Origin: Nymphaea colorata
Lineage: Eukaryota
Direction: 5' to 3'
Assembly (NCBI RefSeq): GCF_008831285.2
Contig: NC_045138.2
Location: 42,780,001 to 42,844,000 of the forward strand
DNA: 64,000 bases
Shown here: piece after piece, positions 1 to 13,100 of the stretch
Layout of the letters: every line of letters starts with the position of its first letter
How positions within the stretch are numbered: position 1 is the stretch's first letter
The notes under the pieces: generated by a model
What the model was told of the DNA's origin: nothing
The model's database searches: none
Seen by the model: only the letters and a program-made list of their open reading frames with translations
Made by a program: the position numbers and the translations under genes

Positions 1-2106
1 AATGGAGAAAGAACCTCAAAAATTATAGGTAGAGAGAGATACCTGGGATGTCCTGCCGTAAGCCTATTTTTACCTTTCTTGAGTAGCATTGTTCCATATT
101 CTCCTCAGGGTTGGCACCGCATTCCTCCTTATTTTCAATATTATCAAGCTTTAGAAAGAATGCAAACCCTGTTTTGGACAACTAGGATGAAATCTACCGT
201 GCATTCAGATCTTCATATTGGATTTAGATATGGATTTGATCTATTATCTAATTTGAAATGGAGATTTGAATCACTATTTCAGAAAAAATACTGGACTAAA
301 GATATTGATCGTCATATGGAGCTGAGATATGGATTTAGAACAGAACCAGAATTGGTATTTGATGTTGAATTATTGGTCTAGATTGTGAATCTAAACCTGG
401 ACATGGATTTGGAATAGGGCCGTCTTCCACTGGGTCTCATTGAGTCGGGTGGGTCTAGTCTTGGTCCAGTGACCAAGCCCAGATAATCAAGTCACTGTAA
501 TAGGTTCTGGGAAATGGGTTCAGTTGACCAAACCTGGTCAAACTACAACTAGTTTTAGTGTAGGGTTCAGTTGGTTTGAGTATACTAGGCTGGAATTGAA
601 GTGGGTTTGAGCGAGGGTGACACCTGGGTTTGACTAGTGTTAGACTAGGGTGAAGTTATTTTAAGGAGGACAAAACGACCTAAGTTCTGCTGGTCTGGGT
701 CAGTACTAGGTTCAGGGGGTTGGGCTAGACTAAATTTTGTTGTTATGGGTGTTCCTAATCAAGGTACTCTAAATCAGGCAGGTTGCATAAAACTGAGTTC
801 AATAGTTCTCACCAGGTGAAATTAGGTAGGTTTTGGACAGATTGGACTAGATGGGTCCTACAGAGCTAAATTTGACAATTTTGTTTGAACTGGGATCTAT
901 AGGTCCTGTAGAAGCTATTTTTGGCAAACATGATTCTGTGGATTCGACGAGGCTTTTTGGCATGTCTTCAGGTTCATGGGCCTAAAGAACATATTTGTTG
1001 TAGGATTTTAGGAACTACAGTTTGTGGGCGCTATTGAGTCTACCAACAGTAGTTTTGAAGAAATTAGAGTTTGTGGGTTGTACTAGTTTATTTATGGCGT
1101 GCTGAGGTTGGAAAAATAATATTAGGCAGGACCTACCTGAAATAGTGACAAGAAGAATTTGGCCCTCAAATTTTGCATGGTCGGGCACCACGTCCTTGAT
1201 CCTATCTTGGTTAGACACAATTCAAAAATAATATCCGGTGTTCTTAACAAATCAATTTTTCTAAAAAACACCAGATGCAAACTAAAAATTGGAAAATGGT
1301 TGAATTCTACTTGTTCTGGGTAGGGTTTTGATAGGACGAACTGAGGAAACCCAGAATAGTGACTCCCGGAATATGATCAATCTAGAAATCAAGAAATTCT
1401 GATGAAATTCAAGCTAAAATAGACTCCAGACATAAATAGGAGTGCAGTGAACTTGTAGAATTGAAACTGTGCTCCACTATGCACGACGTAACTAGATCTG
1501 AGCTGAGGGAAGGTATAACTTCTCATGAAGAAACTGTCCTCAGCTCGATTGATCTTGTTATGGTAGAACTGCTGTGCATTTATGCTTAAGTATCAGAAAT
1601 CAAGTGACTGACACTAGGAGAGTGACCTCCAGACACCCTCGATTGAACTAGATCCAGGATGAATTAACTGAAACTATGTTGGGGTTCAGCCATTCTGAGC
1701 TTGATTAAAAAAAAAATCTAAGAATGGCTTGGTTTGACAGTGAAAAACAGAGCTAAAAATCTACCATTTTTGGCTGAAATGAGGCCCACCAAGTTCAGTT
1801 AACATATTTTTAGTCAAAACGAGCTGGGAAAAAATCCAGAAAGCTAAAATTGAAGATTCTGGACATAGTTTACACATTTCTATGTGTTCTTAAGGTTCAA
1901 GGGAAAAATGGTAAAAGTGACCCAAGGTTACCCTGGGGATTTCCTATGTTCAAGGTAATGGTAGACCTACTAGGGTGACATGGGGCAGTGACTTTGTCCT
2001 AGGGTCAAGGACCTGACCAGTTGGAAAATGGTTCAAAAATAGTACTAAAATAGATGGAACAAGGTGAAATGGTCATTTGCAGTGTAAAAAATTTGTGTTG
2101 TTTACA
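1..2106 (-). mobile_element. Partial giant LTR of a Tat/Ogre-like Ty3/gypsy element (runs off window start)
   Basis: The minus strand starts TGTAAACAACACAAATTTTTT at 2106, resembling the LTR starts at 7439, 9633 and 35763. 1900-2100 is visibly homologous and colinear with 7220-7430, and 1-600 resembles 5570-6200. Confidence 0.6.
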
Positions 2107-2399
2107 ACACACTTTTTTGCTTTCCCCTCTCGATCACTCGTCATAGCTCTCCCAGACTAATGACGATGGAGACTGTGCAATCCCATCGTCAATAGGTTCG
2201 GTATGCAACCCATGGTTACTTTTGTCCCCCACAAAACTAAAATTTTGCCTCCCTCTATCCTCTCATTATCCCTCTTGATCTCAAACAATTTCTTACCTTT
2301 GCTTTTTTTTTTTCCCGTTTTTGTTTTCATTTTTTCAATTAGAAAAATTGGAGTATGCTTGCATGCAATTTTTTTACATTTCACATGTCGACCGACAAT

Positions 2400-5300
2400 T
2401 GGACAAAAATACCCACACTCACCTCCATAAGCTTACATGAAAATCCATGAGAGATAGGTCCCGACTTGTCGATATGAAGTCTGACCACTGCTGACACATT
2501 TGCCAGATGTAATGAAACCTCATGATATAAAATCTAAGAATTTTATGTCATCCTGATCCTACACGAACAAAACACACATGCCTTAATTTTGAGAAATAAT
2601 TGTGATATTTTAAAATCTGATTGCACCACCACAGTGTGTGTTCATGAACTAGGAGAGCTCAAGAAAGGAAACTTGGTTCACATCCATGTTCATCATGGGC
2701 ACGTTTACATGTGAAATTTTGACTCGTGCTCAATTGATGGGAAAAATAAGATAACTTAGCTCCATCCATAGAAAAGAGGTGGGACCCATGCTGTCAGTAC
2801 GTCGGCTGTTCCTAGTTCCATAACTAGGATTAACCAATCCAAGGTCCAAGCTATATTTTCGAATGCCGAAGATGACATGTTATGCTTCAAACCTGATTTG
2901 CAACGTGCAAAACATAATGCATATGCTCCTACTTTTCAAAATGGTAATTGATTTGGAAGACTAAGTGACCCTCGGTAATTATAACATATTCTTTAGAGAA
3001 CCCTTTCATCATCAGGTCATGTTATGCAGTTCTATGACCACATGATGCATATTTCGAAAACAAAGTTGAAAATCAAAGTTAGAACATGTAACTGGAATTT
3101 GAAATTGACATTGGAATCTAGGAGGAAACTTGTTTTTTCAAATGAATTTAATAAATTTATTCTTAACATTGTTTGGAAACCAAGTACATAAAAATATTTT
3201 GAAGATGAATTTGCAAAGCAATTTTGTGAAAGTACTGAAAATGAACTTTGAAAAACTAGATTAAAAACCATTTGGAAAGGATTTTGAAACCATGATGCAA
3301 TTTTGAATGCATATCCTAAAAAGTATTAAAATATTCAATTTTCTTCCCGTAGCATGTCGAGACAAAATAGGGAATGGTACTGAACCAACTTGATATGCAG
3401 AAGGATCCATGCACGTGTGCGGAAAGCATTCGTGTTGACTAACATGTGAGAAATTGCAAATCAAGAGTGTACACAATGCACGAAGATGTATATGTAATTC
3501 ATGAAAATTGAGGTGAGCATTATAAGTGCATGTAAGAATGATCCAAGGACTGGGTTGAGGTTACCAGTCCTAAATATGGAATTGGGATTCAAACCAACAC
3601 TCTAGGACCTTAGTCTTCTGCATAATTGAAAGCTGTAACATGTGATTCGGTGATCACATTTACAGACTAGGGAAAACCTATCAAACGGTCCGAAATGGGG
3701 CTGAAATTTGATCTGAAGATTCTTGGCATATCAGAAAATATGTCACAAGTCTTGGTTTTAGAAAACTAAGGACAGACATAGGACAGGAGTATGCACAAAT
3801 CTATGAGTGAAAACTAACTTTCCGCTGTAAAACTGTGTAAATGCTTGTTTGCTGCTAAATTTGGGATGAGAAAACCTAGGAAAAAAAGGTTGGTTTCACT
3901 TGAAACTTGGCTCATAAACTCTTTGCATATTGGGTAAACATCTTGTTTTTACGAATTATAAAAATTCTAACTAAGCTCATAGATATACCTCTACAAATTT
4001 AGTGCAGAAGACCGACTATGCAGAAACGTAGTAGTTGTAACAAGAGATAACACGAAGTACATATCTATCTACATGACTTGGATATGACTTGAAATGCTTG
4101 GATAACATCCCTTCATGCTAAGTGAATGCTACAAAGCTAAAAAACATGAAAAACTACTTTTGGATGCTGAATTGAGGTGCAAAAGGGTGCTTCTAAAAAG
4201 TGTAACAAGTAAATCGACATATTACAATTTTAATACAAAATAGTTTGGATGAATTGGGTTCAATGATTGGGTTAAGCATTAAGTTGAAAATTGATGCACA
4301 CTAATTGGACACGTGTAGAAAACAGAGGACTTTTACAAAATTCAAAATAAAAATTTCCCAGATCATGAGGTATTGAGTTCCCACGTTGGGGAAATTTTAG
4401 GACCAAGTTTCTGCAAACTGAATTTTGCAGAAAACCTGGTTCCAAATTTCAGCTAAATGTTGGGCTGAATCAACTTGGATTTCAGTTAAATTTGGTAGGC
4501 ACAAACTAGACATGTGGATGAAACAGGATTTCTTTTTATGCTTCATCATTACGACTCACAGATTGAGAGAAATATATTCCTGAAGCTAGACAAAATCCTG
4601 TGAATTTCAGAAATATGGTTTCGGGTTGAATTAAATTTCATTAGTGTCTGAAATTTCTAAGGATAGATTTCTCCATAACCTAGAGACTAGGATCAATGCA
4701 CAATATGTGTGAAACACATAAGAATCATGATAGACCATGGACATGATGCATATTTAGATGAAAATAAATGGCATGAATAAAACATACATGCAACTAGAAC
4801 ATGAAAGTAACAATCTAAACAAATCTTGGAATTCTAAATGCATCGCCTCATGGTATAATGAGGAATGGACTAATCTCATGGTGCTCATAGCCTCAAGCCC
4901 ATGACAACCATGAAGTTACACATATTGTGCCAATTAACAAGGATGTATGACATGGAGAACGCATGAAAGCTACTCAATGCAACCAAAGAAGCCAAAAATA
5001 TGATGTTGGCGAAGGGAGAGCAATATCCATATAGGCAGCCTCAATCCTCAAAAGGCCCTTCATAGATGCAGCACACTATATTCAAACGAACATGGTGATG
5101 CATACTTCGAGGAATATAGAGGCGGCATTCACTTCTCTACTGCATGCATCATGCACACATTAATGAACAAAAACAATTTGTAACCTTCATATCTCAATGC
5201 AATAGGAAAACATATCGAAGAAAGAGACTATAGATGAGAAGCCTCTATGGAGAGCCTCATCCACGCACACAAAATAAAAGATCAAACGTTTGAAGACTCT

Positions 5301-7439
5301 ATATTGAACTTCATGGCATCCATACATGACAAAAGGGAGAGGAAGTTGAAGAGAGAGATAGAGAAAAAGAGATAGAAAAACTGAGAGAGAGAGAGAAAAG
5401 AGAGAGAGAGAGAGCTGGTCGGCCTACCTTGCTAGTAGATTCTTTTTCTTCTTCCTTTTCTTTTCCAAGCTTATGTAGGAGGTTGGAGAACTCCTTGAAG
5501 TTAGCACAGATTCCTAGATAGCCTTCCAACCTGTAAAAAATTGAAGGCACTAGGATCAAATAGAAAGACTAAAGAAAACAGAAGAGAAGAGAGAGATTAC
5601 CATTAAAAATTCTAAGGCACCAGGATCGGCGATGTCTCACACTAAAGGCCTTTTTATTATGGTAAGGAGGCAATATTTTGAAATTTGAAAAGTTTCAAAT
5701 GATTGACTCTAAGAGATGAAACCCTCTGATCAACAACCAAGATCTAATGAAGTTAGATTTGGATTCTGATATAGATCTAGATCAAGATCTGACTTGCAAA
5801 AGAGATTTGGATTGGGAAAAAGATCTGAACTAAAGATCCAGACTGAGATTTGGATAGGAGATCTAGATCTGAATAGCATCATTTGGATCTAGACATCAGA
5901 TTTTGATACAGTTTTGAACTTGATTTGATGTGAGATAGGTGGGACACCCCAAGTGGATTCTATGTAGGTCAGGTGGGTTCCGACTTAGTGTAGGCATATT
6001 GGGCATGGCCTTGGTCTTGTTTTGGACTCAACTGGATGTAGACTAGACTAGGTTTAGATCAGGCAGCTTTACCTTGGTTCAATTGGGTTCATTTTTTGGC
6101 TGGGCTTGGTTCTAGGCAGGCTTAGGCCATGCTTGAGCTTATTGGGTTTTATTAAGGCATGGGTTATTCTAATTTAGGTTTAGGTTGGTGTAAACTTAGA
6201 CACATGAATAAATAATGCCCATATCAATTTTGGAAAATTTTACTCCTCACATAGAAACTGGGGTTTGGGATCCTGCATGGGTAGGTTGACCACACCAGGA
6301 CATGGAGGTTCTAGTGGCACACCAAGTTTGGAAGAACAATTCCAACATTTGCCCATGAAAAAGTGCATTTTTCAAAAGGAATAAGTAAGAAATTGGACCT
6401 ATAAATTAATAGAATGAGGGGAAAAATGGGAAGAATGGATTTTGAACTTGTCTGAGAGAACTAACTTCAATAATATTTGTCTGAATGATCTTGAGCCCAC
6501 CTACATGAAGAAATTTAAAATTGGCTTCCTAGATTGCTCATAAATAAGTTTTGAATTTGCTCGTGATAATGTCTAGAAATGAACACTACTAATTGACTTA
6601 AAAATTAGAATTGTGCTCAATCTGAGGTAAAATTATTCAAATTGATCGCAAGAATACTCGTATCATGCATTGAAGAATAAGTCCCCAGCTTGGTTCGAGC
6701 TTACTAGCTCAAATCATGTAGAAATTGGGCCAATACAACTGTAGAAATGATCATCAATTTTGTAGATATATTTACTCTAGAGCTCAAATTTGGGTCCCAT
6801 GACTGGAAAGGACTTTGGAAATGATATGCTGACACTAGGGAGATCCAAACACAGATCTGGTCAGGGTTGCAGACGTTAAGATAACAGCAAATAGTGGAAA
6901 CCTAGGAAAAATGGATTGTTTCGAGCTAAAATGAGGATGTGAGGTCCATTTTGATTGCTTTTGAGGACTTGAAAGGATGAAATCCATCTTCAATGAATTA
7001 ATGGCACTTAATCCTCATGGCTTTCATGGTCTTCCTCTGAAAATTGTTCAAAATAACAAGGTTTAGGGATGAAATGGTCAAATGGACCTAAGGAGTCGAC
7101 CTAGGGAGCTAGGGTTTTCTAGGTTCCAATGGGCTAGATAGCTGACTTAAGTAGAAATAAGGTTTTATGGACATGACCTAGGGTTAAGGACCTTACTATG
7201 TAAGATTAGTATGCTGGAGAAAAAACGGTAAAAGTGACCTTTGGACGCCCTAGAATTTGGGGCTTTTTTCTAGGTTTCCAATTATGATGGACCTATTAGG
7301 GAGGTATGATGGGATGACCTGACTTTGCCCTAGAACCACAGACCAAACAAATGACAAATCTATTTACAAATAACAGTAAAACAGATAAAGCAAGAGTAAA
7401 ATGCTTATTTTGAGAGGGAAAAAATTTGAGGTGTTCAAA
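2400..7439 (-). mobile_element. Putative 3' LTR (~5 kb) of an Ogre-like element; left boundary approximate
   Basis: On the minus strand the PPT AAAGAGGGGA-CATC is followed by TTTGAACACCTCAAATTTTTTCC, matching the PPT/LTR junction at 35750-35790. 2750-3300 resembles the LTR-end region at 18300-18560. No coding potential. Confidence 0.55.
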
Positions 7440-7443
7440 GATG

Positions 7444-7453
7444 TCCCCTCTTT
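7444..7453 (-). other. Polypurine tract
   Basis: AAAGAGGGGA lies just before the LTR-like start, in the same context as the PPT at 35750. Confidence 0.65.
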
Positions 7454-7779
7454 GCTGCTAAGCTGGTCGTGAGGCCCCGTTTTAGTGCCAAAGATATAAT
7501 GCTCCTAATTTTCTACTAGGAAAGCTAGTTGGATTTTGAATGTATGAGCAGAATTTTTAGACTGACTTTTGTTTGGATAAATTTGAAAGAACAAGAGGAT
7601 ATGATAGCATCAGGACTAGCCCTCAACTTGATAAGATTGTAAAATAAAGATGCTCCAGTTTGGGAGAAAGGCTTCAAAAAGTTTTATGGTTGCCCTTTTT
7701 TTACCTCTTACAAGTTGAAGCAATTTACACCATTGTAGATTTGTCATGTGATTTTTGGAATGAGTAAGATATTTGATAA

Positions 7780-8220
7780 CAAGTTCAAGTCCAATACACC
7801 CATTCTAAACAAAGAAATTGACTTTTCGGTTCAACAAACCCAACCTGAGAGACAAGTTTTAAATTGACCCTCATTCAGGTTCCATCGTACTCAACTTGAA
7901 CGAAAGAAGGATGTAAGATTCTTGGTGCAACATGCCCAACCTAGAGATTCTCGGATTCAACACACCCAACCCAAAACGAAAAGGAAGGACTCTCTAGTTT
8001 CCTCATGTCAATCTACAGAGAGTGGCTGGATGATTCTAGGCTCAACATTAGCACGCTAGAGGCTTTTAGGTTCAACACACTGAACGTAAAAAGAAAAGGA
8101 AGCCTATTGATTTAATGCACCTAACTAAGAGGTTTTTGGGTTCATCACACTCAACCTCGAGGATGGTGAGGAATTTCCTCATATTCTTCATATCAATCTA
8201 CAAAGAGCCAACTTCTACCT
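7780..8220. repeat. Degenerate short tandem repeats (~30-50 bp; core GGTTCAACACACCCAACC) in the element's 3' UTR
   Basis: Core variants occur near 7828, 7877, 7923, 7953, 8038, 8068, 8109 and 8138. Confidence 0.7.
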
Positions 8221-8229
8221 CAACTTTGC

Positions 8230-9633
8230 TTAAAATTTTACTAAAAAATTCATTCATGATTGTTTAAAAATCAAAATTTCAAATCGAACAACTCAAAAGC
8301 CCAAGTTATAAAGGAAAATTAGGGAGGATTTCACAAAATAGGATATCATTGGAAGTCTCAGTGTTGGCACTAGAAGTGCATAGATAAGCCACTTATTGAT
8401 AAGAATATGTTGAAAGATTGAAAAATTGTGATCTGATTTGTTTGAAATAAGATTGGCATTGATGACAAAATGCAACAAGTACTAGGAATGTGTTCTAGAA
8501 CCTTTGAAAGTGAATTGAACTCAAACTAGCATGAATGAACTCAAACTAAACTAGGGGCAAATATATTTATACGTGGTAAACTAACAAATTGAGCTCAAAT
8601 TCACCTCATGCCCCTAGAAAATAAGAGAGAAAGTGGTGCTCCAAGGCCTTCAAAACTAAATTGAACTCAAACCAGATTGAATGAACTCAAACCAAACTAA
8701 GAGAAGATAGATTAATACATGATAAACATGATCCTTAGTTCTGTTTCAGCTCACCACATTGGGTTGAGCACAAATTCAGCAAAGACCCCTGAAAACAGAA
8801 GACAATCTAGGTTCAGGGACATTCACAACTGAATTGAACTCAAATTGAAATGAATAAGCTCAAATTCAAATAAGAGAAGATATATTTAAATATAATGAAC
8901 ATGATTCTAACTCGATTCAAGCTGACTCCATTGGGCTGAAATTCAAATTCAGGTCAAACCCTTGAAAAAGAGGAGAAAAAGTGGTTCTTAGGACCTCCAA
9001 AACTGAATTGAACTCAAACTGGTATGAAAAAACACGAAGTAAACTAAGGGAGAATAAAGTTAAACATAAAAAACATGATCCTAGCTTGCTTCGAGCTTAC
9101 CTAAGCCTCACTGAATTGAAATTCAGCATGGACTCTACTAAATAGGAGGGAGAGAGTGACCAAGTAGAAACCTATGAGTTACTTTAGAACTACAATTTGA
9201 GTTTTTAACTCAAAGTAAATGAAATAATACCATTTTCTACTAATAACTCAAAGTAAGTGAAATAATACTATTTTCTCACTAAGGTAAACCTATCTGGGAC
9301 TTAGTTGATCTTAAAGGTATACAATTGAACTAAAACTATATAGTTTTAGGTACTTGCTGGTGAGCTGATGTTAACTACCCTCAATGACTTGTAGCGCTAA
9401 GAATTACCTTATTTTAGTTTGTCCTAAATTATTACCAGGGTTTCTGAGATTTTTTGATAGTTAGGGGTAAAATTATTATTTGACATGATGGTAGCTACCT
9501 ATGATTAGGTGTGACCCTAGTTTTCTATGGCTGGCTCCTTATTTGAAATCAGTTTTGAAAGCTTAGTTCAAAACCTTTTTGTAGAAGATAAAATGGTAAT
9601 TCGGTCATGATGGATTATTTTTGGGTGTTTACA
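8230..9633 (-). mobile_element. Truncated LTR of a related Ogre-like element; left boundary approximate
   Basis: The minus strand begins TGTAAACACCCAAAAAT at 9633, the same terminal motif as the other LTRs. Confidence 0.45.
8500..9150. repeat. About 4 copies of a ~173 bp tandem repeat
   Basis: The anchor AATTGAACTCAAA recurs near 8513, 8659, 8832 and 9006, each followed by AATGAACTCAAA...AACTAAGAGAAGATA-like text. Spacings are ~146, 173 and 174 bp. Confidence 0.8.
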
Positions 9634-9649
9634 CATACTTTCCAAGTTT

Positions 9650-10170
9650 ACAATGACACTATTTATTGAGGTGAGCTTTAGATGGGGAAAACTCAACCCT
9701 CCCTTATTTCTGTTCCCTTACCACTGTGAAATCGAGTCCTCTGTTACATCATTTCCTTTTTGCTATTCTAACTAGTTCGATGAGGAGGCCTTCATGGTTG
9801 TTTCCAAGTCCTCTAAAAGGCAGGTAGCCTTATTTTAGAAGCAGATAAAATCAGCTTAATTTTCTTGAGTAGCTTGTGGAGTAGATGATGCTTGAAGGAG
9901 GAATCACCGATGCAACTGCCAAGTTTAAATATTGTGGCCCTTTTCAAGGAGTCACCACATGTACTTGCTTGGTTGGGTCTTCCAATCCCAAGACCATTAG
10001 GCCTTCATTGAGATCAACCTCATCTAATTTCTGGGTTCTCGGCATAGCCATGATGAGAGATGGATGAGAGATCATAGGTTACAACAAGCATTCCTTTAGG
10101 ACTTTGGCCAACACTGTGGTAATGACACCATCTCTACTCCACTTCATTCATTGATGCAAAGTTGAGGGTA
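9650..10170 (-). pseudogene. Fragment of Ogre-like polyprotein (C-terminal part of protease region)
   Basis: The minus strand reads VPSTLHQ*MKWSRDGVITTVLAKVLKECL, homologous to VPSTLYKCVKWTHNMKTITIYVEDKQNCL in ORF 32846-33370. Confidence 0.65.
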
Positions 10171-13100
10171 CATGTTTACATGCAAAAATTTTCAACCTTG
10201 CTCATAGTGTGTTGATTTGGGAACTAAAATATATATTCGCCTCTATTTTCCTTCTGTGGGAATCCAAGAGCTATGACTTGACCTGTTGGTACAAGGTCTG
10301 ACCATTCATGGCACCTTTTCTAGGGACAATCATACCAAGGACTAGACTTTATGTTCTAAATCTTATGAACTAAATGTTTGAAACCTAAGAAAGTGAGTAT
10401 TCCCTGAAGTTGAAATGATGCAAATCTTAAAATCTAATTTGGATCTTTAGAAATGAGACGTGTAAACAAAGAGAATCAAATTGAAATTTGTTCATGCACA
10501 CTTCATCATAGATCCATGCAAAATGATGAGCTAAGTAAAAAATGATGCATACAAACTAGTTTAAGTAGACTTAAAGTCTGCTCTCTATCAGGTTTAGGGT
10601 AAGGGACATTGACCTAGAGTTAAGGAGATGGAATTTAGATCAAAATATTTGATCTTGATACAAGAGACATGACTCAAATATTAGTGATTCTCATAAAAAT
10701 TTGATTCTTGGTTTGAAATGGGGGTGATGGTAAAGATCTTAAATATTTTGATTCAAGATTTGTAATTCATAACTTCAGAGAAAAGACCCAATAGGTTAAA
10801 TTCTCATTCTCATAAATCCAAAAATGATTATATAGATCCACATTTGGTGTTTGGTATACTTGATCTAAGATCCTTCATCCACAATCCAATATTCAAGATC
10901 TAAACTCATAGTGAACCTAAGGTAGACTGGCTAAAAAGGATGGATGTAGAGACTAATGCCTACCTGTATGGGTTTGCATTTAGATCAAGCCTAGCTGCAT
11001 GGAAACTGAACTTGGCCATGGTTCATATCTAGTTTTATGTGATCCATGTTGAGGTCTTTCAATATTTAAATAATTTTGAGTTGTCATCTACATAAAGCAA
11101 TATGATAGTAGTAGCTTCCTTCTGCTTCTTGACAAAGATCGAATGATCAGTATTCCTTCTGTTGAAACCAATATCTAACAACCCAAAATGCCCTCACAAC
11201 TTTGAATCCTTCAAGGAGGGAATTCGTAAAGGAAAGCATAACATAGTTCATATCATTTCTTAAAGAGGGGAACTCGTCAAGCTCTTATGGAAAGGATCAA
11301 TTCCAATTGAATGGCATTAATGTTACCAAAAGAAGAATTCATGCCATTCGTCTAAAATGCCTGGTTTGAGAATAAGGCAAGTCCTTGGATGTAGTGGCTA
11401 GTGAATCACTAATCAAAGAGCGAGTTTTGGAGAATTTATTCATCTTTTTGGTGGCAAATGAATCACTAATCAAAGGGTGAATAGGCACGAGGTTGAATAA
11501 GTTGGTGGAATCCACAAATGTAACGCCTGGTGAATCGCTTCTTCTTCTTCCACAAAGATTCAGACAAAACTATGCATGGATGGAGTGAGTCATAATGCAT
11601 TTCTTTTTTCTAAACAAAATCGTAGCATCCAATGCTTAGAGAGTGTTGCTTGCGACTGAAATTGACTATAGTGTCTAACATAAGAGCAAGTGTAGATTCT
11701 GAAAGTTAGAATAATGGGTCAAGTAGGAATTTCTTCGTTTGAGTTTCTGAAGGGGGTTCGCCTAGTTTTTTTAAGGTACTGTAGAAGCATCAACCTCTTT
11801 TTGACGCTAAGTGCACAAGCACCTAAAGGATTACTGGAACCAACCATCACTACTGTAGGGCTCTATTGGTCAATCCTGCCACCTCAGACTCCTATTTTTC
11901 TCATCTCTCTTTTTCCTTAGGTAAGGATAGGAGCAGAATAGTTTGCTTTGCAACAGAAATAGGTCAGCTACCGACTGAATAATGGGCTTGTCATTTCCTT
12001 GATCTTAGTACAACATCAAAATTGATATTTTTCTCATAGCTCATGCTTTAAAGCAGATGAATGGAAAAGGAAAAATAACTAAAGGAATGTTGTCAATGCA
12101 TTCACTTAGGGTGTGTGAAAGTAATCTCATTAAGAGACTAGTGCTTGTCAAATTTGCCTTGATTATAAGACTGGCTTTCCATGTCCTTGCTAAAGGCCTT
12201 TCTCTCATGTTGTAGGCTGGTTGAAATGAATCATATAATGTTTCCTTTACCTATTTTTGTGCTTTAGAGGGAATGAATTCAACAATTCCATGAGCGGTGG
12301 TTGGAGCAGACCTTTATGTAAGGAATGACATTGATCTTTGATTCAAGTCTCGTCTTTTGAGCATACAACTGGACTAATAAATGTAAATTGAGATCCATAG
12401 TTATCTACTACCTACGACATTGCAAATGGATAAGAATGCATGGAATAAATGATAGTAGAGGTAGAGATATGCCTGTTCCGGTTTGAGTGAAAGTGGAGAG
12501 CAGACGGTAGATAACAAATGCATTGGAAAAATGAAGCTGAAGTGGTAGAGGAATAGTTATGATGGATGGCTTTCAAGCAAGTTCTAGCTTTCGAGCCCGA
12601 AATAGCAGGGATGATGCCAGCAAGGAAAAAGTCACTAACTCCTAGTGACCCTATCAACCTCTCTATAGTCTACTAGCTGACTGACCTACTGACTGAACAA
12701 CTGGATATTAATCAAACCTTGCTGCTGATTCAAGTGCAGCACATATCTCCACTAGTGAGCTGCTCCCCTTCGGCACTGTCCCCAAAAACTTCTTCTTGCT
12801 ATGGTTGATATCATTATGATAAATCAATGGGACTTGGCCAAAAAGTGGTCTTGCCTTTATCATTAGCTTGGTCATCCCCATTTTTGGTGTTCCAGCCCTT
12901 TCAATGGCTCCCTTAATGTATGTACCAAGAAGCAGCCTCAAAGAGGGTGCCTTCACTCATGCATGAAGAGCTAGCGAGGGGAACAGTGGAGCTCCAATCA
13001 AAGAAGCACTGCCTAGCATATGGCTAGTTCTATCCTAAAGCACTCACTTCACAGCAAGCACTTTGCTAAGCAACCAAAGGCGTTACCCAGGTGTCCATAG

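Noticed and set aside
7780..9150. CRISPR-like spaced repeats
   Set aside because: The spacers are mutually homologous, the repeats are degenerate, the context is a plant retrotransposon and there are no cas genes.
11100..13100. Possible degenerate gag/protease on the minus strand
   Set aside because: Only weak motif hints are present, and no frame could be reconstructed.
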